DNA of 64,000 nt. Origin: Syntrophales bacterium. GTDB lineage: Bacteria > Desulfobacterota > Syntrophia > Syntrophales > UBA2210. How positions within the stretch are numbered: the stretch's first letter is position 1; the number at the start of each line of letters is the position of its first letter. The stretch is from the NCBI GenBank assembly GCA_963666365.2, contig CAXXNF010000001.1, forward strand, positions 704,001 to 768,000, read 5' to 3'. Below, piece by piece: positions 18,035-29,239 of the stretch. Below the pieces are notes generated by a model. That model saw only the letters and a program-made list of their open reading frames with translations. It was not told where the DNA came from and did not search any database. Both the position numbers and the translations under genes were made by a program.

Positions 18035-21000
18035 TCATATCAACCTCCCTACGTTTGTCTGATCTCGCCCCAGAATCTCTCGCACTTTGACAGTCAAATC
18101 ACCCTTTGAGAAAGGTTTCTCAATAAAGTTGACGACTTCATCCAGAACGCCGTGACGGGCAATCACGTCTGCCGTGTACCCCGACATGAACAGGCACCTC
18201 AGATGGGGATAAAAAGATAGAATGTTTTTGGCAAGGTCGCGGCCGTTCATCTCAGGCATCACCACGTCGGAAATGAGGAGGTCTATATTACCGTGATGTT
18301 CGTTCGCCAGACGAATTGCCTCGCCCGGCGTGCCGGCCGCCAGCACGGTATATCCCTCCAATTCGAGTATCATGGTGGTAATTTCCAGAATTGCCGGTTC
18401 ATCTTCTACCAGCAGAACCGTCTCATGACCGCGCGTGCGCGGCCAGTCAGTCCCCTTCTCCGGCATCGGGGACGCCTTTGCACTGTGGCGCGGAAGGTAG
18501 ACCTTGAAAGTCGTTCCCTGTCCAGGCTCACTGTACACATTAATAAAACCGTTGTTTTGTTTTACCACACCATAGACCGTGGCCAGGCCCAGGCCGGTGC
18601 CTTTGCCCAATTCCTTGGTCGTAAAAAAGGGCTCGAACAGGTGCGGCAGTGCTTCGGGATCTATGCCGCAGCCGTTGTCGCTCACGGCCAGCATCACATA
18701 TTCCCCGGGCAAAAACACCCTGTGATCCAGGGATGAGTCCTCGTCGAAAACAACCTTACCCGTCTGAATAGTCACCTTACCGACACCGGCGATGGCGTCC
18801 CGGGCGTTCACGCACAGGTTGGCCAGGATCTGGTCGATCTGGCCGGGATCGATTTTTACCGGCCACACCTGCTCATCCGGAATCCAGACCATTTCAATAT
18901 CTTCACCGATCAGTCGCTGCAGCATATCGGTCATTCCCGCCACGGCATTGTTCAGATCGATCACCTTGGGAGCCACGGTCTGTTTGCGGGCAAACGCCAG
19001 GAGTTGCCGCGTCAGAACGGCAGAGCGCTCACCTGCCTTTCTGATTTCCGTAAGGTTATCATAAAAAGGGTGCTCCTGGGTTATCTGATCCAGTGTTATT
19101 TCCGCATATCCTAAAATAATCCCCAGCATGTTGTTGAAGTCGTGGGCCACTCCCCCGGCCAAGCGACCGATCGACTCCATCTTCCGGGCCTGCTGAAGCT
19201 GCTCCTGAAGCTTGGCCTGTTCCACTTCGAACCGTTTTTGTTCATTGATATCCTGAAATGACCCTTCAACGCGGGTGATCTCACCTTTTTCATCTTTCAC
19301 CGCTCTGCCGATCGTACGCACCCAGACGCGCTTTCCAGTTTTGGTGATGATTTCCATTTCCTCATCGTAGGAAATGCCTCTTTGGGCGCAATCGTTGAAA
19401 ACCTGAGTGATCTTATCCCGCCATTCAGGCGCATAAAATCTGATGCCTTCTTCTACTTCCGGCGCATAGCCGCGGGGCATTTCATGTATATCCGCTACCT
19501 CATCCGACCAGGTACAGGTATAATCACGCATATCGACACTCCACCCTCCGAACCGGGCACTTTCACCAGCTATATGCAAAAGGGCTAATTTCGATTTCAG
19601 TGCTTCTTCCGCTTCTTTTCTGGCGGTAATATCTTGCAGGATTCCTTTCAGTTTAACCACTCTGCCATCCACAATCTGCGGCTCGCACACCGTACGCGTC
19701 CAACGCTGTTTTCCTTTTCCGGTAATAAATCGAAGTTCAAAATCGTATGCCTCTCCCCTTTCTATTGCGCGTTCAATGGCGCCGGCCAATTTACCCCGGT
19801 CTTCAGGATGAAAAAATTCGATGGCTTTCTCTAACGGTGGTTCATAGTCCGACGGCACCTCATGCATACGGTATGTCTCTTCCGTCCAAGTCACTTTCCT
19901 GGTTTGCACATCCAGTTCCCAACCGCCGACCTTGGCAATATTCCCTGTTGCCTTCAGCAGATCTTCTCTCTCCTTAAGCGCTTCTTCCGCTTGCTTGCGT
20001 TCGGTGATATCTCTGAATACGGCGTTGATGCCCCCGGGTCGGCCCCGATCGTCCGTGTTCATATCCAGCGTAATTTCCACAGGCACGCGTCGGCCATCGA
20101 CGGTCAACACTTCAGTTTCATAGCCGGACAAAGTTCCGGCTTCATGTGCGCGGCGCATCATTTCTGTCTGCTCCCCTAGGCGGTCTTCCGGGCAGAAGCG
20201 CGTGACGGGCATGCCTATGGCCTCATCCGCCGTACATCCAAACAGCTTTTCAGCACCGGCGTTGAACACCGTGATGGCGCCGTCCGAATCGCAGGCCAAC
20301 ACCGCATCGCTGGTGGTGGCAAGCACGGCGGCGTATCTCTGGGAAAGGGTCCCCCGCTTTGTTTCTGTTTCGATAGCCCACAGGGCAAAGGCAATGTCAC
20401 CCGCCATCTCTTCCAGCAGGTCATGCTCTTCGGTACTGCGGGCAAATCGGCCCGGGCACGACAGACTCATCCAACCGAAAATGCAGCCCCCGTGTTCGAG
20501 GCGCAGACTCAACCCTGCACGGTCGGCGTAGGTTGCTGACAACGGACACTCCGCGCACTGGACGGACGGGTTGTCCTTTACCTGCACTCCGTCGAAATGC
20601 AGCGCCGTCTTTGCACAGGGAGGAAGATACCCGGCGCGTAACCTCTCGGTCATGGGCGCCAAGTCGCTGTCAAAACCCGCGTGAAAAAACGGTTCCCTGG
20701 GACAATCATTTTCCGTCGGAACGATCCAGACATTGTAATATCCCCGGGTTTCCACCAGCAGGCGGCAGGCTTCATCGAGGAGGCGGATCGGATCCTTTTC
20801 CCGCACAACAAGCTGATTAATATTGCGAATGGCCGCCAGGACACGGTTCCGGTGATCCAGAAGTTCCTGCAGTTCTACACGACGGCGATTTAAGCGTGCC
20901 AGCACGAGTCCCGCAAGCATGGCGGCCGCTACGTACACGGAGCGCATGAACACCTCATGCGCACTTGCCCCATGCACTGCGACAGCCCAGAAGGTTTGCC

Positions 21001-21688
21001 CCTCACAGGGAAAAACGAAACACTGCACCAGCGCGTCCAGCACCCACAGGAGGAGTCCGAAAAGTGCTGCACCTGCGTAGATAACCATGGTGTCGCGCTG
21101 GGCAGGCCGGGAGGGCAGGCCGAAAAAACGTCGAACGGGACCCAGGTTGAGCGCCACATACGCCGCTGTCACCAGGATGTAGGCCGTCACGATGTGCTTG
21201 ATCACCACCGTTTGCAGCCAGGGGACACTCACATAGTTCCAGGCAACTGCGGGATCCCATGGTGGCGGATTTAATGACACAAGCCATCGGAACACCACCA
21301 GGAAGCCCAGTTCCACGACGATACGAAAAGGTACCTCCACGGCGAATGAGGCCAAATACCAGGGATGGCCTTCGTACCGCTGCTCGGCCCACCAGCCGTG
21401 CCAGACAATCCACAGGGTAAAGACCGGAACCGAATAAAGAATTCCCCAGCCGTCGCCGGACCAGAGCCACCACATGGCCTGACACCCACCCGCCAGGGCC
21501 GAAAGGAGACCGTAACGCCAGCCCCAGGCTAGCGCAATCACCAGTGGAAAGAACAGTCCGGCCAGGATGCTGATTTTAAAGGCAGCACCTTCCATGAATT
21601 CGATGTCCAGAAAGTTGACCCCGAATCCGATCAAACCAAATATGACCGCCACGGCTACTCGATAGGCGCGGGTCTCAGGACTGTTCAT
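18035..21688 (-). CDS. Membrane-bound GAF/PAS hybrid histidine kinase with C-terminal receiver domain
   Basis: Multiple TM helices, GAF, three PAS domains, AHDFNN H-box, GTGLGL, receiver LLVEDE...SDVVMP. Start MNSPET with SD GGAG. Confidence 0.93.
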   Translation of the reverse strand: MNSPETRAYRVAVAVIFGLIGFGVNFLDIEFMEGAAFKISILAGLFFPLVIALAWGWRYGLLSALAGGCQAMWWLWSGDGWGILYSVPVFTLWIVWHGWWAEQRYEGHPWYLASFAVEVPFRIVVELGFLVVFRWLVSLNPPPWDPAVAWNYVSVPWLQTVVIKHIVTAYILVTAAYVALNLGPVRRFFGLPSRPAQRDTMVIYAGAALFGLLLWVLDALVQCFVFPCEGQTFWAVAVHGASAHEVFMRSVYVAAAMLAGLVLARLNRRRVELQELLDHRNRVLAAIRNINQLVVREKDPIRLLDEACRLLVETRGYYNVWIVPTENDCPREPFFHAGFDSDLAPMTERLRAGYLPPCAKTALHFDGVQVKDNPSVQCAECPLSATYADRAGLSLRLEHGGCIFGWMSLSCPGRFARSTEEHDLLEEMAGDIAFALWAIETETKRGTLSQRYAAVLATTSDAVLACDSDGAITVFNAGAEKLFGCTADEAIGMPVTRFCPEDRLGEQTEMMRRAHEAGTLSGYETEVLTVDGRRVPVEITLDMNTDDRGRPGGINAVFRDITERKQAEEALKEREDLLKATGNIAKVGGWELDVQTRKVTWTEETYRMHEVPSDYEPPLEKAIEFFHPEDRGKLAGAIERAIERGEAYDFELRFITGKGKQRWTRTVCEPQIVDGRVVKLKGILQDITARKEAEEALKSKLALLHIAGESARFGGWSVDMRDYTCTWSDEVADIHEMPRGYAPEVEEGIRFYAPEWRDKITQVFNDCAQRGISYDEEMEIITKTGKRVWVRTIGRAVKDEKGEITRVEGSFQDINEQKRFEVEQAKLQEQLQQARKMESIGRLAGGVAHDFNNMLGIILGYAEITLDQITQEHPFYDNLTEIRKAGERSAVLTRQLLAFARKQTVAPKVIDLNNAVAGMTDMLQRLIGEDIEMVWIPDEQVWPVKIDPGQIDQILANLCVNARDAIAGVGKVTIQTGKVVFDEDSSLDHRVFLPGEYVMLAVSDNGCGIDPEALPHLFEPFFTTKELGKGTGLGLATVYGVVKQNNGFINVYSEPGQGTTFKVYLPRHSAKASPMPEKGTDWPRTRGHETVLLVEDEPAILEITTMILELEGYTVLAAGTPGEAIRLANEHHGNIDLLISDVVMPEMNGRDLAKNILSFYPHLRCLFMSGYTADVIARHGVLDEVVNFIEKPFSKGDLTVKVREILGRDQTNVGRLI

Positions 21689-21899
21689 GACTGTTCTCCG
21701 CTTCCCTGAATCATAGTACTGCCCATTGTGCAGGGGGCAAGGGGCACGGAGTAAAAGGAGATCTGATTGTGTCCTCCGTGCCCAACACGGCCACCAGCGG
21801 AACGATTTGCGGATGTCCCCTCTAATATTCCATGACAGTATAGTGATTAAATATTTGAACGTCAACCGCTCTTAAAATCAACTTGATATTCGACATAAG

Positions 21900-23720
21900 T
21901 CCAAGCTCAGAAAGCAAGTCGCGCTATAAGTTGCGTCATGGGGCCACAGATGCTGCATAGAGCGTTCTTCGCGCCACGGCAAGGCAAGTAATAGCTTGGA
22001 TAAAAATACAGCGGCTGAGGATGACCGACATTTTTTGGAAAAAACCCGGGATGCTGGAAAAAGCTTGCGGGTCTACAGAAAATACGAGAGAAAAGCATCA
22101 GATGGGAAGCGGAACAAAGGCAGGACGGATAATCCGCCTGGATCGGAACACGCGCAATGGTTAATCAATGCCCCGTTTCTACTCCATATATCTTCCCGCG
22201 TGATTTTGTCGGGAACTCCGCGGGGTTTCAAAACTGTCTTACCGCAGAGGATCAGGATTTCATAGAGATAAAATATGGCGTAGCGATCATGGTGAAAGAC
22301 ACTACATTTGTTGGAGTTTTCCTGCCGCACTTTCTGGCGGAACTTCCTGATACCGGTATCTTCGCCTGCGTCTTCAAGCTTTTCCTGATGAATCATCCAG
22401 TCACGGAAGGCCCTGGTCAGCGCCATGGTCAGAATGGTGAGATAGGCATGGACAAGAAAACCGGCCTTGCTGTTTTCCGGCGATCTTTTAATAAACCATC
22501 CCTGTTTTGATTCCCGGAACAGAGCGTTCTCGATTTCACTGCGGTCGTCATAACCGTCGTAAACCTTCAGCGGCTTGCCGACAGGCCCATTGGTCAGGAT
22601 AACCAGTGTTTGTGGACGTCAGGATTATTTTCCCTGTATGGATCATGCAAATCAACTGCCGCGTTAATGAGATGTGGCATGGAATCGCTTCTGTTTTCAT
22701 GGCGGCTGCTGCCAAGCTCACTGTAAAACCCGGCAGAGGTCAGCCCCTCAAGTCCTGCAACATCCCAAGTGTCGATGATTTGCTTCCTGTTCTTGCCATG
22801 CCCCGTGATTCTTTTACGCTCTCTTGTGACGCGCAAGCCGGTTTCCACCAGCGAAAGGGCATCATCCTACACATGTTGGCTTGATTTTGCCGGGATATAA
22901 AAGATGATTCCCCTGCTATTGAGCCACCATAGCAGCTTGCCGCACATAAAACCGCGATCCATGGCAATAGAGACAATCACGGCATGTTCTCCAAGGTTGG
23001 CAATTGCCTGCTCTATAATCTCTTTTGCAAGCAGCACATCGTGGGTCTCAATAGTGGCAAAACGCATGGCGATGGGAAGACCGCTGTTCGCATCCCAGAC
23101 CACCCATATCTTGAAGCCAAACACCGTGACCCTGATTTTCTTGATTCTTCCCCCTCGTCGCCTGAGCTCAGGCGCTTTTTCCTTGGTCACCGCGCCCCGG
23201 CCCTTGCATTGCTCGGTGGATTCAAGGTCGGAAGCATCAAGCAATGCCTTTATTTTACGAGGGAAAAATGAGTTCGCCGCTAATATCGAAATGATTGTAT
23301 TGAATCCCCGTTCAAGGTTCCTGCCGGCAATGGCGACAATAAACGATGCGATAAATTCCGGACACACCGGCCCTCTTATCTCAGCATTGTTTTTGTCCTG
23401 CCAGTCCGTTTTCGATTTATCAAGACTTCGCCGATTCACACCCTGCTTGATCTCATGGCCATTAAATCCTACGAGATGCATAAGGGATTGAGATTGCAAT
23501 AACACCGGACCGGCATGGTAAAAAAACTTCAACCCTGCGACAATGCGCATTACGTAGATGAGCATAACTGCAGAAAAAGGGACCGGGCTCTGCCGCTGCA
23601 ATGACGCCGCGGGGCAAGCTGTTCAAGAACTTTCATGATGCCGAGTTCGTCCAAAAAACAGAAAAATTCATCGAATAATCCGGCATCGCCAAGACCTTAT
23701 ATTTCTTGGACTTCCTGGTC
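21900..23720 (-). pseudogene. Degenerate, multiply frameshifted DDE transposase (IS4/IS5-like); limits approximate
   Basis: Fragments in different frames: FGFKIWVVWDANSGLP, AMDRGF, YDDRSEIENALFRESKQ, MALTRAFRDW. Confidence 0.75.
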
Positions 23721-23825
23721 ATTGGCAAGGGTTGCAGCGATTCCGGCCTGATCTCTTTTTGCAGTGTGCAAGACAAGCCGCTTGAATATGGTTTCTGATG
23801 CGTTTTTGGTAAAAAAGGGTGGTAA

Positions 23826-24594
23826 AAAAGGGGACAGATTTATTTATTTGCTTTGCTCGGTCTTCCCGGTCCGCGAAATTCCACCCGCCTGGCAATTCTC
23901 TTTGCAATCTCGTCAACAAATCGGGAACTGCCGGTCAACTGTCCCCGTTGAACCGATTGACGGATCAAACTCCATTCACCTTCCGGAATTGTCCCTTTCA
24001 CCCACAACGCATACGCTTTTGAACGATCTTCTTCATTTGCGGTCAGCGCTTTGTAGCAAGGATCAAAATCCAGCCATTCTCTTTCATGCTTGCCTATTTT
24101 GACACCGTAACTGGACCACCGATAGTCGGCGGGATCAGCAACAATTCCTGCTCGCACAGGATTCAATTCAACGTACCGGCAACATGACAAGAGATATTCG
24201 TCTGTGCTGATCGGACTTGATTTATAGCGGCCCTCCCATAAGCATCCGGTCCTCCGTTCAATCTTGTTCACATATCTCGTCTGTCGTCCGCCTACCCGTT
24301 TCATTAGCTGCGCAAGGCTGCCTTCCTCATTGCCGGGATCAACAATGAGGTGAATATGATTCGTCATCAGGCAATACGCATAAACCCGGCAGCACAGCTT
24401 CTCTTTCCATTCCCCCAGATTGTCAAGGTAATACAAATAATCGTCGTCGGAAACAAAGACAACCTGCCTGTTGTGCCCTCGCTGTATTATGTGGTGCGGG
24501 TATCCGCTTATGACAATACGGGATTTTCTGGGCATGTTCCCTTCACCATCACAGCAATTTCTATTTCTAAGAATAAATAAATCTGTCCCCTTTT
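23826..24594 (-). mobile_element. Y1/HUH transposase element bounded by perfect 23-bp inverted repeats
   Basis: AAAAGGGGACAGATTTATTTATT (23826-23848) and AATAAATAAATCTGTCCCCTTTT (24572-24594). Confidence 0.8.
23840..24535 (-). CDS. Y1 (IS200/RAYT-like) HUH transposase
   Basis: MPRKSR..HHIIQRG, YCLMTNHIHL (HUH), RYVELNPVRAG, YRWSS. Confidence 0.9.
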   Translation of the reverse strand: MPRKSRIVISGYPHHIIQRGHNRQVVFVSDDDYLYYLDNLGEWKEKLCCRVYAYCLMTNHIHLIVDPGNEEGSLAQLMKRVGGRQTRYVNKIERRTGCLWEGRYKSSPISTDEYLLSCCRYVELNPVRAGIVADPADYRWSSYGVKIGKHEREWLDFDPCYKALTANEEDRSKAYALWVKGTIPEGEWSLIRQSVQRGQLTGSSRFVDEIAKRIARRVEFRGPGRPSKANK

Positions 24595-24608
24595 ACCTTG
24601 CTTTTACC

Positions 24609-26978
24609 TTATAAAGAGTTAACGCCACGACCAACAGCATTGCTTAAAGCTTCAGTTACAAATATCCCCCTCAGGATGGCCTCTCCTGTCTTTGAATTAA
24701 GACCAGGACCAAAATTTTGATAAAACTGTGAAAATGAGTAGTTGTTATTCAGATGCGGAGAAGCTGCATTGAGTGCAATGTTAGCTGTGAATCCCCCTAT
24801 AAATGTTCCTGGAACGTTTTGCATTATACTCCTTCCTTCTATTACATTGCCTATAATTTTACCTGTTACAGCTCCTAAGCCAGCAATAAATGATTCACCG
24901 ATCACACGGGTACTAACAGAAAGGCCATCACCAAGTATTGAGCCTAAAATCGGTGATGCAGCTACAGAAGCAGCACCGGATCCAAATCCGGTAAAAAGTG
25001 AATTTAGCGTATTACCAAAAGTTATTTCTTGATCAGTAAGGGCACGAAATGCCGTATCAAAATTAGTTGTAATTTGCATTCCTAGATTTCCACCCCGAAT
25101 GATAATAGCCGTACCTTTTGAGATGCCTGCCAAGGTACTAGCCCCTTCAATGGCTGCACCGATTATACGTGTTCCTCCAGCAACACCCAAAATGGAGATA
25201 GTTTCATCTGCGGTCTCTGGAGTCCAAAGTGATGCAAGTACTCCTCCAACAAAATAAAGAGGATTTCCAGTTTCAATGTATTTATCGGCATACCATTGCG
25301 CACCATCTGTACCAAGACCGGTAGTGTAATCCCATGCAGCTTTAGTCATCAGGCCTTCAGGGTCAGTAAATATAATAGGATTATTCCTCACGTAGGCATA
25401 AAGGTTCAACCCGTCCATGTAGCCTGCCGGGTCGCGCTGCATAAAGCGGCCCAGTTTTGCCGAGTACATGCGGTTCCGGTAGTACCAGAGTCCTGATTCG
25501 CCATCCCAACGCCTGCCTGTGTAGCCGTAGGGATTATCGACTGTACTTTCACTGATCGTCACTCCCTGGCCGTTCAAGATCGTCATCAAGCCGAAAGCGG
25601 TGTATTCGTAAGTCTCAACTATGTTTCCGTTCTCATCGGTCAGGGCCGTCACACTGTACTGCCGATCTTTGAGGTAGTAGTAACGGTTCCCGGCATTGTC
25701 TTCCATCATGATCGGGTCGTCGATGTAGATGCCATAAACAAAGGACCGCTGGAATTGGCCATCCTCGTATTCCTCGATCACCTGCCCGCCGTCATAAATG
25801 TAGGCAGTCGTTTGGCCCCCGTATGATTGAGTTACACGCCTGTTCAGGGCGTCGTACCTGTATGTCGCAATGGCGATGCCATCCGAGGTTTTGACCGCAA
25901 CCAGCCGATTTGCCCAGTCGTACTCGTAGGTCTTAGCGCCATCTGAAGTCATGTTGCCCCTTGCGTCATAGCCCGGGGTCATGCCCGTAACATTTGAATA
26001 TTCGTTCACCTCGTTCGGAACCCGCTCTTCCGGACTGCCGTTCTGATTCGTATAGGTCCAGTTTCCCACGGGATCATGCTGCCATTGCACGGTATCTGCA
26101 GTTCCTTTCTGTTCAAATGTCAGACGGTTCAGATCGTCGTAGCCGTATTGTTTTTCGTATTGTTCCGTCGCAAGGGTGGGCGTCGTGGAGATCGCCCGTT
26201 CAATAGTTTCTGAAAATATGTTGCCCATGCCGTCATAGACTGTTTCCATACTGTAAAGGGTAGTGTTGTTAATGTCCGCATAGATCCGATTCCCTTCCAT
26301 GCCCCGGTCATTATAGGAAAGACTCTCTTCTATCCCGTTGCCCAATGTCATGGCGGCAACGCGGCCGTTCAGGTTGTAGGCAAAGCCAGCGATATTGTTT
26401 TGGGATTGGTCCTTGATCGAATCGGGAAGGTTAAGGCCGTTGTACGTGCGGTGAACCACAAATCCTCCCGTATCGGGGTATACAAGGTCTTCCAAGTTTC
26501 CATTATCATCATAAAATTTTTCAATCCGTCTCCCGTCCTGTACCTCAGCCGTCACTTGATTAAATGCATTGTACTCGAATATCACGGAATGCGTTGCATT
26601 TCCTTCATTGTAGTCATCGGCGAGAATCATTCTGGAAAGCGAATCGTATTCAAAATGCTGGGCTTCCTGATTATTCGCATATACATCCGCAAGCCGGTTC
26701 ATACCGTCATACGATTTGGTGATGGCGCTCCCGTCGGGACGGGTTTCCTGAACCATGTTGCCTGCCTCGTCATAATCGTAGGTTGTCACATCGCCTGCCG
26801 CATCTTCCACGCCCACGGGACGGTTCAGGGCGTCGTAATAGGTGCGCGTCTCATTGCCGCGGGGATCTATCACGGCGGTTACGTTGCCGTTCGCATCGTA
26901 CTGATACACCGTTGTTTGCTCTAATGCGTCTATGGTCTTGATCCGGCGCTTGGCCATATTGTAAAAATGTTTTATCAC
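24609..26978 (-). CDS. Orphan RHS module (5'-truncated core) with Gly/Ala-rich C-terminal tip
   Basis: YD repeats, RHS core GYTGRRWD...NLYAYVRNNPIIFTDPEG; near-identical to 36793-38395 (offset 11415); no signal peptide. Confidence 0.85.
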   Translation of the reverse strand: MIKHFYNMAKRRIKTIDALEQTTVYQYDANGNVTAVIDPRGNETRTYYDALNRPVGVEDAAGDVTTYDYDEAGNMVQETRPDGSAITKSYDGMNRLADVYANNQEAQHFEYDSLSRMILADDYNEGNATHSVIFEYNAFNQVTAEVQDGRRIEKFYDDNGNLEDLVYPDTGGFVVHRTYNGLNLPDSIKDQSQNNIAGFAYNLNGRVAAMTLGNGIEESLSYNDRGMEGNRIYADINNTTLYSMETVYDGMGNIFSETIERAISTTPTLATEQYEKQYGYDDLNRLTFEQKGTADTVQWQHDPVGNWTYTNQNGSPEERVPNEVNEYSNVTGMTPGYDARGNMTSDGAKTYEYDWANRLVAVKTSDGIAIATYRYDALNRRVTQSYGGQTTAYIYDGGQVIEEYEDGQFQRSFVYGIYIDDPIMMEDNAGNRYYYLKDRQYSVTALTDENGNIVETYEYTAFGLMTILNGQGVTISESTVDNPYGYTGRRWDGESGLWYYRNRMYSAKLGRFMQRDPAGYMDGLNLYAYVRNNPIIFTDPEGLMTKAAWDYTTGLGTDGAQWYADKYIETGNPLYFVGGVLASLWTPETADETISILGVAGGTRIIGAAIEGASTLAGISKGTAIIIRGGNLGMQITTNFDTAFRALTDQEITFGNTLNSLFTGFGSGAASVAASPILGSILGDGLSVSTRVIGESFIAGLGAVTGKIIGNVIEGRSIMQNVPGTFIGGFTANIALNAASPHLNNNYSFSQFYQNFGPGLNSKTGEAILRGIFVTEALSNAVGRGVNSL

Positions 26979-27199
26979 TCTCCCTTGTTAGTGTCATTTG
27001 TCTCGACGATAAGATGAAAATGGTTGTTCATGAGGACGTAGCCATGAAGCGACACATCGAAGTTTTTCAGGCTTGCACCAAGAATATCGAGAAATTTGTA
27101 GCGATCAACATCATCCTGAAAGATGAGTCTGCGCTCATTTCCCCGGCAGGTTACATGATAAAAGGCACCGGGGTATTCTATGCGAATCGCTCGTGCCAT
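26975..27199 (-). pseudogene. Truncated second Y1/HUH transposase joined to the orphan RHS
   Basis: MARAIRIEYPGAFYHVTCRGN...YVLMNNHFHLIVET, then an abrupt junction with RHS sequence; the catalytic Tyr region is missing. Confidence 0.8.
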
Positions 27200-28546
27200 A
27201 GTGCCTGTATATACACCCCCTTCTCAGTCAATAGTCAACGGCCTGTTGCCCAAATCCCCTATGCCGAATAGACGCGAATAGGATTAAGTAAGTATTCCGT
27301 TGTATTTTTGTTGCGTCAGATGATCGACAAACGCATTTAACACATTGTATTAATTGCCATATTATGGTATATAAGGTCCGTTATATTCTTCAACAGCGAG
27401 GGTCTTGCCATGATGGGTCGCCAACCTGATTTTCAGTCAAAGCTCTTTCACTATCACATCAATCTTGAAGACAGGATTCCACAGGATCATGTGCTGCGGA
27501 AGATGCGGGATCGCATTGATTTCGATTTCGTATCCGATGCTGTGAAGGACACCTATGGAGAACGGGGCAATGTTTCCGTTCCCCCGCCGGTAATCCTTAA
27601 AATGATGCTCCTGCTGATTTTCTATAATGTTCGATCGGAGCGGGAACTCATGAAGACGATTCCCTTGCGCCTGGATTGGTTATGGTTTCTCGGGTACGAC
27701 GTTGACGACGAAGTTCCCAATCACAGCGTCTTGAGCAAAGCCCGCAATCGATGGGGGACTGCGGCATTTAAGCTCTTTTTTGAGCGGATTGTGTGGCAGT
27801 GCGTCGAAGCAGGACTGATTGAGGGCGGCAAGCTTTTTGTGGATGCGAGTCTTATCGATGCGGACGCATCCAATAATTCGGTAGTGGATACCCACAAGCT
27901 CAAAAAGTATCTGAACAAAGGGTACCGGCGTCTTGAAAAGCGATTGGATGACATAGAGGCGTCAAAGACGACCCCCGCAGACAAACGGTATATCTCCACG
28001 ACCGATCCTGACGCTTCCGTTACCCGTCACCGGGGGAGTAAATCAAAGGTACGATACAAGACGCATCGCGCCGTCGATGAAAAACATGAGATCATCACTG
28101 CCACAAAAGTGACCGCCGGGTCCGTGGATGACGGTCACGTTTTGGACGATATGATTGATGCTCACGAGCGGAACACAGACCGTAAGGTGAAAACGGCGGT
28201 GGGCGACAGCAAATACGGGACGATCGACAATTTCCTTCTCTGCCGCGACAGAAAGATAAAGGTGCACATGCCTTCCCTTGAAAAGACCGGCCGCGGGTCG
28301 GGAAGACAAAAAGGCATTTTCCCGAAGGAAGATTTCATCTACGACCCTGTGAAGGACGCCTTCCTCTGCCCTGCTGGTCGCATGCTGCAAAGACGGAATT
28401 ACAACAAGAAACGAAACTACTATGAATACAAAGCTTCATCGGCAATCTGCTCTGCCGTAACCGTACGACCAACTCATCTTTCGCTTGAACGCACATTGGA
28501 TTATAGCTTCCCGTCATGAACACATTTCATGATTGGAGGATGCCCT

Positions 28547-28858
28547 ATGACACAACAAGAACGCACCGCCCACTGGTCGGCCATCGTAGAGCGGCAGATC
28601 GCAAGCGGGATGAGCGGTCTGGCCTGGTGCCAGATGCATCAGATCAATACGGCAAGTTTCTACTCCTGGCGCCGGAAACTCACTGAACCGCAAGGACAAC
28701 AGGGATTTATCGAACTTGCATCCTCGACGGCCGACTATGCCGGCATTCGCATTTGCATGGGGCCGCTTCTTTCCATCGAAGTGGAACGCGGCTTCGATCC
28801 CGTTACCCTGCGCACCGTTATTGAAACGCTTCATAATGGTTCCCCATGTTCGGCCTGA
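28547..28858 (+). CDS. tnpA: IS66 TnpA
   Basis: SGMSGLAWCQMHQINTASFYSWRRKL HTH. Confidence 0.85.
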   Translation: MTQQERTAHWSAIVERQIASGMSGLAWCQMHQINTASFYSWRRKLTEPQGQQGFIELASSTADYAGIRICMGPLLSIEVERGFDPVTLRTVIETLHNGSPCSA

Positions 28859-29187
28859 CAGCATCGGCACGCATCTATCTTTATCGCAGCCCCTGCGACA
28901 TGCGCAAGTCCTTCGACGGCCTGTGCGGCATTGTCCGCGCCGAACTTAGCGCCGATCCCCTTTCGGGATCACTCTTCGTCTTCGTCAACCGGCGGCGGAA
29001 CATGGTGAAGCTCCTGTACTGGGACAGCGACGGCATGGCCATCTGGCTGAAACGTCTGGAGCAGGGGTCCTTCGTGCTGCCTTCCCGGCAGTCCCGCGAC
29101 GGTCATATCGAGCGCCGGGATCTGGCCATGCTCCTTGAGGGAATCGTGCCGAAAAAAGTGGGAAAACGGTACAAAATATGTGCATAA
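28846..29187 (+). CDS. tnpB: IS66 TnpB accessory protein
   Basis: DMRKSFDGL, FVFVNRRR, KLLYWD, KRLEQG. Confidence 0.92.
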   Translation: MFGLTASARIYLYRSPCDMRKSFDGLCGIVRAELSADPLSGSLFVFVNRRRNMVKLLYWDSDGMAIWLKRLEQGSFVLPSRQSRDGHIERRDLAMLLEGIVPKKVGKRYKICA

Positions 29188-29239
29188 AAAATAATATAAA
29201 CACTTGACATTATTATAGTTATGTGCTATACGCCCGCTC

